From NCBI GenBank assembly GCA_047495785.1, contig JBLDXI010000024.1:62001-126000 (forward strand): 64,000 nucleotides of DNA, in the 5' to 3' direction. This DNA comes from Lepidodermella squamata (Eukaryota; Animalia; Gastrotricha). A program made the position numbers and the translations under genes. Numbering within the stretch: the first letter of the stretch is position 1; each line of letters begins with the position of its first letter. The notes beneath the pieces are model-generated. The model searched no databases. It saw only the letters and a program-made list of their open reading frames with translations, and was not told the DNA's origin. Positions 1 to 12,218 of the stretch are shown here, piece by piece.

Positions 1-419
1 AAATCCCGAATCTGCTGCGAAGTTTGCCGGCGGCGATCAGGTTTCTGTGTCACAACCGGCGGCATTTACACAATATCGAAAAAGCGTACGAAAATTTAGT
101 CATAATATTGAGATTAGGATGAGCGAAATAATAAATACTTTTGGTCTGACGCGCTTCAAAAAATGATCACACGGCGGTGACAGCAGCAGCACTAAGGTTT
201 TATGGTTATAGGCTAGTCAGCAAATCAATTTAGAATCGATTCGACTACCTCATCGAGTTAGCATCGATACAGTCCCAACGCCGACATTAAATGAGTTGGA
301 ACATTTTGAGGACTCGCTATATAGTCCTTAACGGCGGGCCAAAAACAAAATGTAGGATGCGATTATTGGAAGTCCTTCTTTTATTGCAAGCAAATCACAG
401 CACAGAAAATCGACTTTTA

Positions 420-3400
420 TCAGATACTTTCTATCTTGCCTAACATGCGATTGTAGTCAGGATAATACAAGAACAAGTACAAGGGTGTTGTCACAAAGAA
501 AGCCAGTAGGAACAGCGATACCAACTGCAAATAAAACAAAAATTTAGCATAAAAGAACCAGTGTATTATAGTTCATACCCTATCGAAAGCAGTTATGAAA
601 GTAGTCCAAATTCCAAGGCACTCTCGCTTCAAGCCAGTCGATACGAGTCCGGCGCTGATTGACTGCAAGTCTCTTAAAATAACATCCTGCGTCGCCCGTT
701 GCTTTTCCAACGCTGCAACAATTTTACTGCTGTGGCATCTTGGCCCAAGGTCGGCTGTTCGAGGCCTGCTGGGATGCTTCGGCTGCACTCGATTGGCAGC
801 ATGGTTTCTAACCGCATAATCGCTACTACTTCGCGGTAGCACGTAATACTGGTTTGACTGAAGGTATCGATGATAGTCAGCGTCGTCAACGACAGCAACT
901 GGCTGCGGTTCAACATTGAGAGGCCGGCCGAACTCGAAGAATCGAACCGACTCAGCCTGGTGCCGTCGCGACAACGTGTTAGCATCGCTATCAAGAACCG
1001 GCGGTTTCTGGCATGAAACCGGGTCGTAGAGGCAGTAGCTCTCAGCTGAGCTCTCTGTTTCGTTCGAAACGAAACCATTCGGCGTGGATTCTTCAATCGT
1101 AGCGTATTCACTGGCGAACATGACGCGCTGACGGTTACTGGAGGCATAAACCGGGCTACTAACGCCTGGCTGTTGCGGCGCCTCGGCGAACCGCGTCGTA
1201 TAAATTGCCGCAGTCTCGTTATCCCCAGGCACTAACGGCGGCATTTCACTAGCTATTACTCTTAGCCTTGGCGAGCATGATCGGTGATCGCGATGACGAT
1301 TTGAAGCAGGTGGCGGCGCTACGTCATTCGGCCGGCGACGGAGAGTATTGGAAACTGACCCAGATCCCGCCGGGAAAGTCGCACTGGTTTTCATTACCTG
1401 CGCCGTCGCCGCCGCAACCGGGATGGTTTGTTGAACCAGTTGCGACACAGCTTCGCCCGTCTTACTGTCTATTTGCACCAGCAAATCCGACGCCAAGTCG
1501 CCCCATATGTCTATGATAGTCGCCAAAGCCTTTAAATCGCGTTTCGCAAAGCCGGGAAAAATCAGAGCGCATGATCCAATTTTGCGCGCCTTTTCGCGCC
1601 GGTTCTTCAATTTAGCATTCGCTAGTTTTTTCAACTCGCGCTCTTTTCGCTTATTGAACTCATTTTTCGCGTTCAGTTTGAGGACAACTCTCAGGTAGTT
1701 CCTGCGCCAGTGTTCGCCATTTGCGCCAAGCATCAAATAAGGACCGCACTTTTCAACGAGAATGTACCACCAGAATGGCGAGGGCACTGTTTGGCCGACG
1801 CGGGTTATCCAGCTCATGATGAAGAAGCATTCGATGAGCGATAGACCGATTAGACACATCAGCGAGTCGACATACAGAGCTAACAAAGGGCTAGGAAATC
1901 GAAACTTGAATGCATCCATGTTATAGCCATTGAAATTTTCTTACATGAATTCGCTGCTTTTTGGCACTTGCTCGACGACCGAGATATGAAAAACCGAAAA
2001 AGCTATCAGCTGGAAGTTAAATCCAGTAAAATTTTGCATATTTTTATGGAAAATAGTTACCGTTGTCGTGCCGAAATTAATCCGTTCAGACTCGCAGAAT
2101 GGTAAAAGATGGGACATGATTTGAAGCGAAGAAATCACAACACTCGGAAATACGGTGTAAGTAATGAAAAAGAGCGATTTCCTGCGCAGCAAGACGTAAA
2201 AATCGACTTGGGAGAAGTTGTAGACTTCGTACTGAAATGCATTTTTGTTTAGGAGGCTTCGATATAGCGAAAATACGGAACTTACACCGACTATACGGGA
2301 GCGAACAAAAGTTTCGACGATGCTCCATTGAGGGTTCTGGACGAAATGATTCGTATCGACAGAGAAATTCACACCGTTAATTAGCACCAAATCGGAGGTG
2401 TAGACCCAAGATTCGAAGCGGTACTTGCATAGCTGCTCGTCAACTAAGTAATCATGCGATATTTTACTGCCCCAGAATATCGAAAAAATACGAAAACTCA
2501 CATGGAAAGTAGCTATAATTAAAGAATGGAGTCATCCTTTTTTTTAATTTTAAGGAATTTATTACCTGAGATCAAGTTCACATCTCGCACTGATTTTACC
2601 AGCTGGGACAAAGAGTAGTTGGCCGTTTGAGCTGAGCCGTATCGGAAATCGATTATCCCGAGTAATTGCATACACATCGTCTGAGTTGATGAGGGCCAGG
2701 TCAGGCAGCCAAATGTAACCAATATCGGATACAAGCCACTCGATGCCACCGAATTCCTCTGGCCTCCATGTCAGACGCTGATCAATCCAGGACTGTTTTG
2801 GAAAAAAATGAGAAAACATAAAATATCCCAGGACAAAACTTACCACTTTTATAAAGCCTGATATGACAATTTCTTGATCGATTTCAATCTAAGTAAATAA
2901 ATTATGGACCCATTTTTCAATTATTTTCAAAATTACCAGTTCGTTGATTTTTAAAAGAACCATTTCAAGTGATACATTTACAGGCTTGTTATGTTCCAAC
3001 GCTAATAAAAGTCGAATTTATAGGAAAGAAAACGAAGTAATTCCTTGCCAAACCTGGCCTGGCTTTGTTAGAATATTCACGATCTTCGAATAGACTTCGT
3101 AATAGTGCTGCTTCCATGGTATCTAAAACAATCGAAGAGAATTAAGAGTGCTCTGACCATTTTTTCAGTACTTACATAGGGCCGTAACATTTTTATCCAA
3201 TTGATTTTCCACCGTGTCAGCTGGTTCTTCTGCGTCACTAATCTCGACTTCTTCGGTCTCCTCTTCGTCCTCATTATTAGTAGGAGGTTCAGTGGTTGTC
3301 GTTGTAGTAGTAGTAGTAGTAGTAGTAGCCTCGGTTGTTGTTGTTGTTGAAGTTGTTGGATCGGGCGTGGTTGAGGTTGTTGATTGCCTATTTTTGCTGG

Positions 3401-3620
3401 TCTTCTTCCTGCCGAAACCCTGACTCGGCGAGGACGTCGACGGGCTGCCGTTGCCCACCATTTTCTTGTAATTCGACGGCACGTAAGATGCATGGTTAAA
3501 ACTGCCGCCTGTGCGCACTTTCGGCGCCGGTTTCGAACCGTTCAATTTTCGAGTCGTCAATGGCCGGCATAATACCGGTATAACAACAAGAACTGCAAGC
3601 AGCAAAACGTGGACTTGCAT
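420..3620 (-). CDS. Cys-loop ligand-gated ion channel subunit, divergent nAChR/5-HT3-like cation channel (paralog A); about 11 exons
   Basis: Signal peptide MQVHVLLLAVLVVIPVLC and Thr-rich linker. Loop A WLPDLALINS. Cys-loop CELDLSYFPFDEQLC (uses the 11-nt exon 2502-2512). RFESWVY, LRRKSLFF, M1, M2 ERINFGTTTLIAFSVFHISVVEQ, M3 PLLALYVD, long cytoplasmic loop, M4 after FDR. TGA at 420-422. Confidence 0.93.
3294..3383 (-). repeat. Degenerate (ACT/ACA)n trinucleotide tract encoding a poly-Thr mucin-like segment of paralog A
   Basis: gtagtagtagtagt and gttgttgttg runs on the + strand; protein STTSTTPDPTTSTTTTTEATTTTTTTTTTTT. Confidence 0.85.
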
Positions 3621-4195
3621 GTTTCTACTCGCGCGGTTGTGAATGAGCGCGCGAGATATCAGCGGCGATGACTACCAGCAACAGCAGGCGGTGGCGTCGC
3701 GATTGATTGAGTTAGTTCACGCCTGTGTTGTGACATTCGATCCGCGCCAATCGAATTTTATTATCGAAGTGCGATATTAGCTAAGCCGCCTTAAAACCGC
3801 TCCAAGTTAATAAATAGCGCTGATGCCGAATTAGCATGCTAATAACAGCTATGATTCGCGTGATCAAAACTTGTGAAAAATGCCTCCGGGCGCCGATAGA
3901 TGCTGAACTTTGCTGAAACGCTCTAAAAAACGCCATTGGCGAAATGAGGTGTGTTATGATATAATAATGAAAGCGGTGTTTTAATGAGATGCTGTTTTTA
4001 AGGGTCTTCACCTGTGGCGCGACAATGATGATTGATCAGTCTCACCCGATTATGTCGCACCTCACACGATACATTATATTACCGTGCGTGTGATTAATTT
4101 CCGGCTATCATTTTAATATCGCGCTTGAATGAATGGTTCTTAGTTTCAGAGCATGTACTAAAAATCAAGTCCGAAGTTGAAGTCACAGCTCAGCG
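3621..4195. promoter_or_regulatory. Putative bidirectional promoter between divergent Cys-loop paralogs A and B
   Basis: The two start codons face away from each other 575 nt apart; no specific element was identified. Confidence 0.4.
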
Positions 4196-6774
4196 ATGAT
4201 TCAGGCCGCAGATATCTATAAATTGTTTGTATTAATGGTTCTATGCTGCGACTGTTATAGCCGCGAAATTGTCGCGCCGCGTCAACGGGACAACCTTGAG
4301 GAGGGAAATTTTGCTGGCAAACAGTCTTTAGGGCTGCCAGCAAGCGCGCCGCGCAAGCCCGTGCGTTCAAGAAACATCACCAAACTTTGTAGGTTAAGCT
4401 AATTATACCTATCAGCCTTTTATAATTCGATTTTTTTGCAGATTTGTGGGAATCACTGCTTTTGCGAAGATTATTTCCGCAGAACAAGTCTTATAATCCG
4501 GAAATAAGGCCCGCAAAGCGCAAGCACGAGCCGGTCATTGTCACCGTAGAATTCGTCATGCGTCAAATAAATGATTTGGTAATTTCGCAAATTAGGCTCC
4601 ATCATAATAATGCCGCTCTTTTAAATTTCAGGTTGAAAAAAGTCAGCAAATTGTGATCAGTGGCTTCCTTAAAATAGTGAGCCATTATCTAATCATCAAC
4701 TTATCTTATTTATAGCCTTCTGTTTTTATAGACCTGGATCGACGAAAGGCTGATGTGGGATCCTGACGATTATGGCGGAATTGAGTGGGTTGTAGTTGGC
4801 ACGGATACTGTTTGGCTGCCCGACATAGCCCTAGTTAACAGCGAAAACCTGTATGGTGTCACCAAGGATGAACGATTTCCAGGTATAGAAATAGTATAAT
4901 TCTGCCACGCGAATTCCGAACTTCCGAATTTCCAGTGACCTTGACTGCCTCTGGAGAAGTATTCTATGTCCCGGCCGGAAAAATCATTGCTCGATGTAAC
5001 TTCGATCTTCGCTTTTTCCCGTTCGACTACCAGCTTTGCAAATACCGCTTCGAATCATGGGTTTACGAAGCTTCAACAGTTACCGTTGTTGGGACAAATT
5101 TCACCATCGACTACGATCACTACATCGACAACCACCAGGTTTATCTGAATTGATATATCGACCTTGGTTTTGAACTATTAATTTTAGTGGGAAATCGTTC
5201 TTAAATTTGTTAAAACGTCCATCGTCAAATATGAAGAGTACAGCTTCTCTCGAGTTGAATTCTATCTGCTACTACGCCGTAAATCTATCTACTTCGTCGC
5301 TTACACAATTTTCCCGTGTCTGGCGTTGTCATGGCTACAAATCATCTCCCACATGTTGCCGTTCACCGACAAGGAGCGCATCAACTTTGCGACTACAACA
5401 CTGGTATAATGTATCCTCAAATAGTTTTTAAACATTTTATTTTTGTGATTTTAGATCGCGTTTTCGGTGTTTCATGTCTCGATAGTCGAACAGATGCCGA
5501 AAACTTCACATGCCATACCGCTTCTGGCCGTCTACATCGATGGACTTATGTGCCTGATTGGTTCCAGTCTCGTGGAGTGCTTTTGCCTAATGAATTGGCT
5601 TTCAAAGGTTGGATGCAGCGTTCCATCGCCATTCCTTTGGTGCCATCTCGTTGAGCGATTAGGCGACTATTTATTCCTTGGGTCAAATGGGAGATATTGG
5701 CGACGTCAATATCTTCGTGTCTATTGCGCCATTAACGAGAAAGACCAGGAGAATGAGGAAATTCGTCAAGCAGAAGCCGAACAATTCGCGCCAGCTGACC
5801 GTAGTGGCCGCAAACGGCGGGGTAGTTTCACTCGAAAATTTAGCCGATTGGTCAAGTTAGTTTGGGATGTGCAATTATTAACCCGGTTTTTTATCGGGAC
5901 ATTGTATAGGTCAGGCCGGATCATAAAAAACCACGGAGAAGATGATGAAGCGGACGACTTGACGGAGGAAGATGTGCAGCGTCGAATCAAAATGGATGGG
6001 TCTGACATTCAAATGGTCATATCCATGGCTAAGCGATGGGGCTGGAAAACGCGCCGAACAAGCTTCCCGATGGACCTGTCCCTGTTCGGCGTTCGTCACG
6101 ACAGTGAACTTGATCCAGCTCAGATGGACGATATGACTGAACTCGACGCTATTGCCGGTGTTTGCCTGGGCGATCTTAAATCCGGCATTCCGTTCAATCT
6201 GATGCGTAACTTGCCAAGCGACATAGCAGAAGCCTCGGATTCGATTGATACAACTTCAGAAGGCAGTGTCATGTTCATGAACCGCCTGTCCGGCTCTTCG
6301 ACCGGGGTTCCGGTCGATCGCGTGCCGACAATAGGAATTATTTCTAAACTATGCCGGGCGATGTCAGACGCGACAACGGCCGGGAATTCGGGTCGAAAAT
6401 CAAGCCGCGATGCCGACTGGATGCAGACCGAGCGGCAACTGTCGACGGCGATCGCATATCTACGCGAGCTGAGCAAGGTGGTTCAAACGGGACTGGATGC
6501 GCACAATCTACGTCGCGAGTGCATCTCGATTTGGACACTGTTCATCACGGTTATCGACCGGGTTAGTGCAATTCTTTTTCGAAATGAAATGTATTTTTCA
6601 GATATATTTTTCGATTAACTAGTTGCTGTCACTGATACTTCTCATGTTCACTGCCTCTATGCCTATTGTGCTTTTTATTCTCTTTCCTCTGGTAATTTTA
6701 ACCGATTGGAAGATTCCCTTTACCTTAGTGTCATTTTACAGGTTGTTCCGATACCTGAATTGCCAGAATTTTGA
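4196..6774 (+). CDS. Cys-loop ligand-gated ion channel subunit (paralog B); about 9 exons
   Basis: Hydrophobic N-terminus; YNPEIRP; WLPDIALVNS; CNFDLRFFPFDYQLC; RFESWVY; M2 ERINFATTTLIAFSVFHVSIVEQMP; M3 PLLAVYIDGLM; RRECISIWTLFITVIDR then M4; TGA 6772-6774. Confidence 0.93.
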
Positions 6775-7172
6775 CACCTGGACATGAGCGAATTCGACTA
6801 CAACAAAATAATATGGGATAAATTGTGTTGGAGCAATAAAAAATTTTGATTAAATTATTGACCTTTATAATAGGTTATAGCAATAAAACATGACCTATTT
6901 AATTGATTTGTTCATCTCATCTATAAAAAGTGTGGTCAAAGGTATAAAATAGTTCATCTAAAATGGCGGGAGCGGTCGCTTGACAAATTCATTCCCGATG
7001 TGAAAGGTTGCGAGCTTATTATACCGACTTCATTCCAATGCTGATATTTTCCTAATTTCATCATATAAACTTGATCGAAATTCAATTTATTAAAATCTAT
7101 TGTCGCTATATAAAGTTCAACAAAAATAGCGCCAACAAAAGGCTCGAAATGTAAGAAGATCCTGATAAAATA

Positions 7173-9289
7173 TCAAAGCTTAAAAAGAGCTCGGAAGGCT
7201 GTTCTAAATTCGGCACTGCTGAGGCAAAAAATGATCGGATTTATGAGAGAATTCGCGTAGCCGAGCCAGTTGATGCTCATCCTTATGATAGGATGCGACG
7301 GCAGGTAGTCGTAACACCGGCACAACGGCACGCCTAGCTCCAAGACGAAGTACGGCAGCCAGCAAATGATGAACGCCAGCGTTATGCTCATCGAAATGGC
7401 CGCCATTTTACGCTCCCGCTGCTTCCACACCGTCGGCCGTTCGATGAGGCCCGGCACTGACATAGTATCCGCCCGCCCACCGTCCTCCAGCGACGCCCCA
7501 TCCGGAGTGATAGCTTCCCCATTTTCGCCCGAACTTGGCTTGCTGATAATCAGAGCTGGTATGATAGAAATTCTTTGATTAACTCGAACCGCCTGCTGTT
7601 TAACGAGTGCCTCTGTTGCGCTTCGGTTGTTACTGCTCTTGCTATTATCATGATCGGCAGCCGATACCTTTTCACTGTCCATCCAGCTGTCACTAGCCAT
7701 TGTACCGGCGTGGTTGTAGGGTGCGGCGCAGCAGGTTGAATCTAGCGATTTTCCGCCGAAAATCCGACAACGCGCTGCTTGAGCTGTTGCTATCGGCCCG
7801 GTCGACAGCGCCAGCTTTCGACTTGTCCTGGTCGCTGCCAGGCAACGTCGCCTGCTCCACCACTGGCGACTGCATGTTGTTCGAAGAATCCTCAGCCCAG
7901 TCGTCCTCCGCCAGCGTCGACAGCGGGGTACTGCGCTCGAGCGTCGGCGCGCGTTTCCGCGGCGGCCCAAGTCGGGGATCGTCCGCCGCCAGTTTGAGCA
8001 AGTCCTTGAGCTCGACGGGCGATGCCGGGCCATGGCTTTTGCCGTTAAGGACAGGGCTTTTCGCAGCGAGTAGGTCGTCGTAATCTTGCGCTGATGAACT
8101 GCGGCGAACTTTACTTTCCCGTTTTGACGACCGCCGTTTCGCGAAGTATCCTTGACCGGGAATTGTTTGCGAGTTTGTCATCGACGACTTGCGCCGCTGC
8201 TGGGTAATCAATATTGACCGCCTCAGCTCCCTAAAAAATAACAGGTAGTCACTAAAATTAATGAGTGATTTTGGAAACTTACGCTAGAGGGGCGGCTAAG
8301 TTAACTCGCTGGCGGATTCTTCGGCGAACTTCTACGTAAATTCGAATGTAAATAGCGATTATGCAGCAAGTAGGAATGTAGAAAGCGACTGTTGTTCCGA
8401 AAATAGCGAACCACGGGTCGCCGGATACTAGGCATTGACCGGTTTTCGACGACGCGAGTTCAGGATCTCGCCAACCCATTACCGGAAGCAGTGAAAGACA
8501 GGCAGCTCCGACCCAAGAGGCAACTGTAATTAATCAAATAATTCACTTTCGAGGTCACAAAGCCAATAATGTACCTAGCATTGAAGTGACCCATTTTTTG
8601 CGTGAATGAAAGTACTGCACCCTAGTGGCTGACAGGTATCTGTCGATGGCGATGGCGACAAGGTGGAAAATGGAAGCCGTACAAAAGTTGACATCGGTAA
8701 TGACGAATACCGTGCACATGAAATCGCCGAGAAACCACAGCTCCGAAATTTCGTTCAGCAGCGCAATAGGCATAACAAATATGGAAACTAGCACACCGGT
8801 GACGCCCATCGAAACTATTGTCCTGTTGAAGACGGCTCGCCGCATTGACCTTTGCGACAATATTACGACTATCAGCAGCAGGTTTCCGATCAAAGTCAAC
8901 AATATCAGCGTACCTATAAAATTTAAAGAAACCGATTAATCCTAAATTTGGAGGAGATACTAGAAAATTTGCATACCCAAAAAGGCAACAATAGGAATAA
9001 CAGTCGAAGCAGGAAGAAATTTGGGTCTTGTTCCGAGAAACTCTTCAACTACCGAAGTTGTCGATTCGTTGCTGTAGTTGAATGAAGGCGAAAATGTAGC
9101 AGCTGCACTTCTGTTCACCGGAGCAGCTAGTGAGTCGAGGGTAGAAGGCGAAACAAAAATGAAGGCTTCATCATCGCCGATCAAAGTTGTGCCGTCGCCG
9201 TAGCCGGACGAAACCGGCCACATGGTCATGTCATGCTGGAAGGTAACGTTGAGCCCGCTGCCTTCATAGTCATAGACAGCTATCACCAT
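7173..9289 (-). CDS. Rhodopsin-family biogenic amine GPCR, serotonin 5-HT1-like, long third intracellular loop
   Basis: TM1 GN; TM3 TDVNFCTASIFHLVAIAIDRY (D3.32, DRY); TM5 FGTTVAFYIP; TM6 RERK...FIICWLPYF; TM7 WLGYANSLINPIIF. GT-AG introns near 8976-8914, 8575-8524 and 8282-8231. A frame change near 7700 needs a further intron or an indel. Confidence 0.88.
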
Positions 9290-10718
9290 CGCTTACAGAC
9301 AGGGACATGCGAATCGTTCAGCTTCCTTAAATCGACTCATATTTGACTTTTAATAATTCATCCTTGATATAAATGATAATTTAAAAAATGAAAGAGGACT
9401 GGATTTAAACGTAAAAAAAATTCAATAAAACAAATAGAATGAAAAATTGGAATTTCAAAATCGATAATTAATCTGAATAAATTTTGCGGCTAAGGAATTA
9501 TTTGGCTTCCCAGGACAGAGTAAATTTGCTGAAGCTATTTCGCATAATTAGAGCTGTTTTACCTCAGGCAGCATATTAGGACGAAAGGTGTGTGCGCAGA
9601 TAAAAATTGCGCATCTTTTTTTTTTATATATCGTGTCCCTGCGCTCCATTTTTTACTAGGGCGTCGCAAAAGCGGAGTTGCCACGAAGTAAATATTTAAG
9701 CCGTGCTATTTTCTTTCTTATTACGCAGCCGCCGAAGTTTTTTTGCCGGAAAACAAGCCAATTGATATTATTACTACGGCTATTACAACGAAGGCAAAGC
9801 CAGGTATTAACGCGATGCTGAGCCGCGCTATGATTACGCGCGAAGATGACGGCGATGGCGAAAAATTAAAAAGCAATACAGATGCTGAACGCCCAAGTGG
9901 AAGCAAATTAACAAGTCCATTGTAGCGAATCACTCGAGCGAGGCGTGGCCTGTTTTACACCTTTTGGCGCAGCAGCAGCAACCGATCGATTTTGCTTAAG
10001 CTCACGTTATAACAACGCCGCATTTTTATAGCCGCCGAGAAGGAAGCGCGTCAAGTATATAGCGCGCAGAATCACGGCGACAACTTTGTGCTTACCATCG
10101 TGTCACTAAATCCGCTGACGCTGCGCCGCGATGACAACAGCGATTTGTCGGAAATAATAAAAAAAATGGCCATCAGCAGCAGTATCACGTGTTTCGTCGC
10201 CTCGAAGTGCTATTCATGTTGTTTTACTACTCAGCTGACGATCGAGGCGGCGATAACGACTCGCCACAAAAACAGCATTCCATCAAGGCAGCAGATGTTA
10301 TATATGCGGCAAGACACTTCTCGATACTCTTATTAGCAAGTTGGGTGATTAATGCAATAGATGCGGATGCCCATAATTCTTTCAGGCACACCAGAAATGT
10401 GCACTACACTTTTTTTTATCGGCAGTTGCGCGCGCCGCTTGAGACGCCGGCCGAGATTTTTTTTCGGTTTTCATTATTCCTAATCTCATCAGCGCAATAT
10501 CGCGATGGTATGCTGATGCGTGACGATATCGCTCGCTACAAATTAGTGTCATGACCGTTAAGTTGAAAAAAAGCATGTGTCCGATATGGATGGTGTCTTT
10601 CTTTGCTTTATTTCGTCATTTCATATAACTACGCCACGCTCACGCAGTCTGGGATAAATTACAAATTCAGCCGAATTTTATCTAGCCTCATGTTTATGAT
10701 TTGCTAAAATTATATTAT

Positions 10719-12218
10719 TCAATTACTGCCATCGAACATCGAGGGTAAAACGAGTGCACGGGCATCGACAGCTCCTAGGGTGCAGTGGATAGAGTCAAAA
10801 AATGATGATGCCCCGCCACAGCCGTAATTCTCAGCGTAGACTGACCTAACAGGATACATCTTTGAACGTTAAACAACTCAAAGCTGATCAAAAATGACTC
10901 GAAACTTGCATGTAAAGAGATGGAAGATTCAGCTGCTTTGCTTTCCTTGCGCACATCGTGAAAATCTGCGAAAAAAATTGGAGATAAATCAATTTGAAAA
11001 ATTAAATGTTCTGTACCTTTTGGCAAGCATCCGGTACTCCATCCGGTTCAAACATCCCACAAGCGAAATCGACTGCCACACCGTAGCGATGTAAAATCGA
11101 AGGGCTGCCTCCAGAAGCAAGAACCGGAAAAATTCCTCCAACTAACGATTTGACAGTTAATGGTAGGCTTTAACAGCAATAATTTAAGGTGAATTGAAGG
11201 TGGGAACAATTATTTATTACCTAGTCTGGCCGTAGTAAGTTATCGAAAATGTCCCGATGCTATTAAGGAGGTTTGCGTCAATGCACATGGCGCCAGAATT
11301 GAGGGTGCGGGCAGCTCGACCCGAGCACATATCCAGAACATTGGCAAACGCGCTCGATTGGGAACTCTGCTGGACATTATTAGCCTCCGGAATTGTCGGC
11401 AACAGAAACAACGTCCCAGCTTTGACTAGCTCCAGCAATCGGCAGGCTTCAGTTTGCTGCGATAAATCTTTGGTAAAGGATGACAAGTTAACTAGAATAT
11501 TCTGTAATAATATTCATACTGCACTGGGCCGGAGTAGCTTGTCGCTTATTTCGGTTATTAGCCGAGGACGTACTGTTGATTGGCATTAGAAGGTCTTGTT
11601 GCTGCTTGAACAAGTTTAGCAGAGACTTGGCCAGACGCTTCTGTTCACTGACATTCATGCTCAAGCGATCTGGAACCGGGCTGCCTGGACCCAGGACTGT
11701 CGCAGTTTCTGTCTTTTGTGAGGAAAATGTTGATAAGGCGGCTTGGGCGATAGCCACAAATCGATCGACCGAGTCTGGCTCGAGAGCAGCTCGACTGTTA
11801 GCGATGGATTCACTGCCGAAGTGATAGGTCTTCGGTTCTGAAGGAGGTGGAATGTAAACGGGGCGTCGGGTGGTCGTCTTTGGATCTGCGTCATTTATGA
11901 ATATTTGTGACTGGATAACCAAAAAATCGAATTATATCGAATTCTAATTATTCAAATATTTTATTTGTATACCCGTCCATCGATCACTTTTGCGAGCTCG
12001 CTTCGATCAAAGTCGATCGCACATTCACGACGCGCCACTGATGAAGAGCCGACAGCCTGTCGCGTCGGGTTTAGCGAAGTTACGTACGTGGTCTCTTGCG
12101 CCCACCACGAACAGCGACAAGAGCAGTTTAAAGCTGGTGGCGCAACGGTCGGTCCTGCGGAAAAGCCGAACCGAACTTGCAACAACCCAAGCAGTAGCAC
12201 CGATGTGAATCGAAGCAT
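10719..12218 (-). CDS. Secreted LAS/peptidase M15-like zinc metallopeptidase (D-Ala-D-Ala carboxypeptidase / Hedgehog-N fold), paralog 1; 5 exons up to the last intron plus a terminal exon
   Basis: Signal peptide MLRFTSVLLLGLLQVRFGFS. Spliced C-terminal domain ACRLL...SAFANVLDMCSG...MCIDANLL...SILHRYGVAVDF...FDSIHCTLG. H-x6-D at 11091-11068, third His at 10785-10787. TGA 10719-10721. Confidence 0.68.

Noticed and set aside
11492-11519. Apparent 28-nt ultra-short intron in peptidase paralog 1
   Set aside because: A downstream acceptor (accaaag) gives a normal 52-nt intron and the same C-x8-C spacing as paralog 2.
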